Positions 62,380 through 64,000 of a DNA stretch of 64,000 bases are shown in pieces. Both the position numbers and the translations under genes were made by a program. Numbering within the stretch: position 1 is the stretch's first letter; each line of letters opens with the position of its first letter. Below the pieces are notes generated by a model. That model worked only from the letters and a program-made list of their open reading frames with translations, had not been told where the DNA came from and ran no database searches. The DNA is from Raillietiella orientalis (Eukaryota): positions 4,960,001-5,024,000 of the forward strand of contig JAYWIR010000007.1 of assembly GCA_036172245.1 (NCBI GenBank). The letters run 5' to 3'.

Positions 62380-64000
62380 GGGAAATAAAGCAAAAAAAAT
62401 ACATGTAAAAAATGGGAGGGTTCGGGAAGCGATCACCAGATGCTGGAGGCATCCTCTGCATCCTTTCCAGGATGCCGGAAAGTTCCAGTTTTAAGACTTA
62501 GATGGGGTCACCTTGACGCTGTACTCATGAAGAAGACAGCAAAATAGATGGCGTCCCTGCCGTTCTGGCCTCTGGAGTTGTTCCATGTAGCCATGATCCC
62601 ACCTCGTAGGCAGCAAAGTGCTGCTGGGGATGTCGCCAGCCGGGGTGAGGGCGTCGCGCAGGAAGAGGCGCTTCAGGAGGTTTCTGGGGTTGACCTCGGG
62701 GGTCCTCAGGGAGGTGGCAAAGCATGCACACAGGGAGCAGAGGTCCATACAATCCACGAGCAGGTGCGGGAGGGACTCTCTTTAGTCACACCTGCTGCAG
62801 TTGGGGCTCTCCTCCTCCTCCGGATCCTGGCGACAGGCAGGCTTTGTCGAATCCGGATGAACGTGCCAGAGTCGATTCGCTTCCGTCTTGGGACGCATCG
62901 GCACCCCGTTGAAGGGATCTGGAGAGGTGAACGGCTTGCCTCGGTCGAGGAGGGGCCGGTGCAATCTGAGAAGATTCGGCTGCCACCGGCCCACACCTGG
63001 GCTCCCTTGAACGAGGCACGTCCTAGGGCGCCACGCCCCGACTCGCCGAACCGCCAGCGGCGAAATGGCTGGGAGCAAGACTCAGGTTGTCCAGATGATG
63101 ACGCGCTCTCTCGAGAGAACTAGGGGAGACCGCTCCTGAGCGTCCGCTCCTGCCATTTCGGAAAAACCAGGCCCTGCCCGCGGAGGACTCCCTCAGAATC
63201 GTGCTCAAGGACCACCGTTCGTTCAGGGACTCTCGAAGCAATTTATAAGAACTGACCGCGTCACTGGAGGGTGCGCCTTCACTCTTCAAGTTATAAGGGG
63301 GACCCCGGGAGGGGATCAGCTTACGAATCCAGGAAGGCTCCAGAGGAAGGAGTCCGTTCCTCTTTGACTCTTGGAGAAAACGCGTGGAAGGACTCCGGAG
63401 GGTCAACTTTTAATCCCGGAGACCATGAACGGGATCATCCGGTTTCCTGTTTCAACCACCGTCGCAACCTGCAGTCTCATCCACGGCGGACTGCACCTGC
63501 GGCAGGTGGCCAAGCTGGCGAGGAAAAACGGATGGATCTCGTGCCGCCCCTCGAATATTAGCGCCTGATTGCAGGAAACCGTTCGCATACGTGGGCGAGG
63601 ATCCAGGGGCCAAACGCGGAACAGGGGCGACGTTTCCTGTGCAAGCGCAACAACAACTGCACTCTCCGGGAGATCCTGGAAGATCCTGCTAAGAGTTCAT
63701 GGGCAAACAGAACCTCCCTCGCCGCTGCGCTGCCCTCCCTTAGGGAGCATATGGACAGCAGCCTTACGGCTAGATGGAAGGTAACTGTAGAAATCTCCGG
63801 AAGGAGAAAAGGACTGGGTGAGTGGACGACGCGTGGAGATCGCACCCACGCTGCCGCGTTGGCACCCGCGTGGCTGCGACCAGGAGGAGACACGAGAGAG
63901 AGCTGCGAAATTCCGATCGAACTCGGACTCCCCCCTGCATCCAGCGGCCAAGTCCGGAAAGACGACTCCAGACGTCACTTCGCCTGTTGCGTCCTCTCCG
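62380..64000 (-). mobile_element. L1/Tx1-like ORF2 C-terminal portion (runs off window)
   Basis: SPNCSRCD*RESLPHLLVDCMDL (CCHC finger with an in-frame stop), NPRNLLKRLF, then ggcatcctggaaaggatgcagagg...tgatcgcttccc and a pyrimidine tail. Confidence 0.8.

Noticed and set aside
1..64000. CRISPR arrays, rRNA, prokaryotic operons or defence systems
   Set aside because: No regularly spaced repeats or rRNA motifs were seen, and spliceosomal introns with metazoan genes show the DNA is eukaryotic.

Overview
Eukaryotic (invertebrate, probably arthropod) genomic DNA with two very different halves. 1-~13.9 kb is AT-rich, CpG-poor and gene-dense, with mostly 39-58 nt introns. It holds mitochondrial tyrosyl-tRNA synthetase (YARS2, +), the axonemal ruler CCDC40 (-) whose stop codon lies 25 nt from the YARS2 stop, DCN1-like 3 (DCUN1D3, -), and the start of an unrecognised multi-exon + strand gene that may run to ~18 kb. 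From ~14 kb the DNA becomes GC/CpG-rich and carries a complete 10-exon fringe (Notch O-fucose GlcNAc-transferase) gene on the - strand (18142-34751). Upstream of fringe (35.7-64 kb) is a dense field of degraded transposons: many L1/Tx1-like LINE fragments, a second non-LTR RT, a Tigger/pogo transposase and an APE-endonuclease remnant. It also contains several inverted-repeat structures, including a near-perfect 176-bp inverted duplication whose second copy is flanked by a 9-bp direct repeat. No rRNA, tRNA or CRISPR array is supported. All exon chains and homology calls were made by eye, without database searches.
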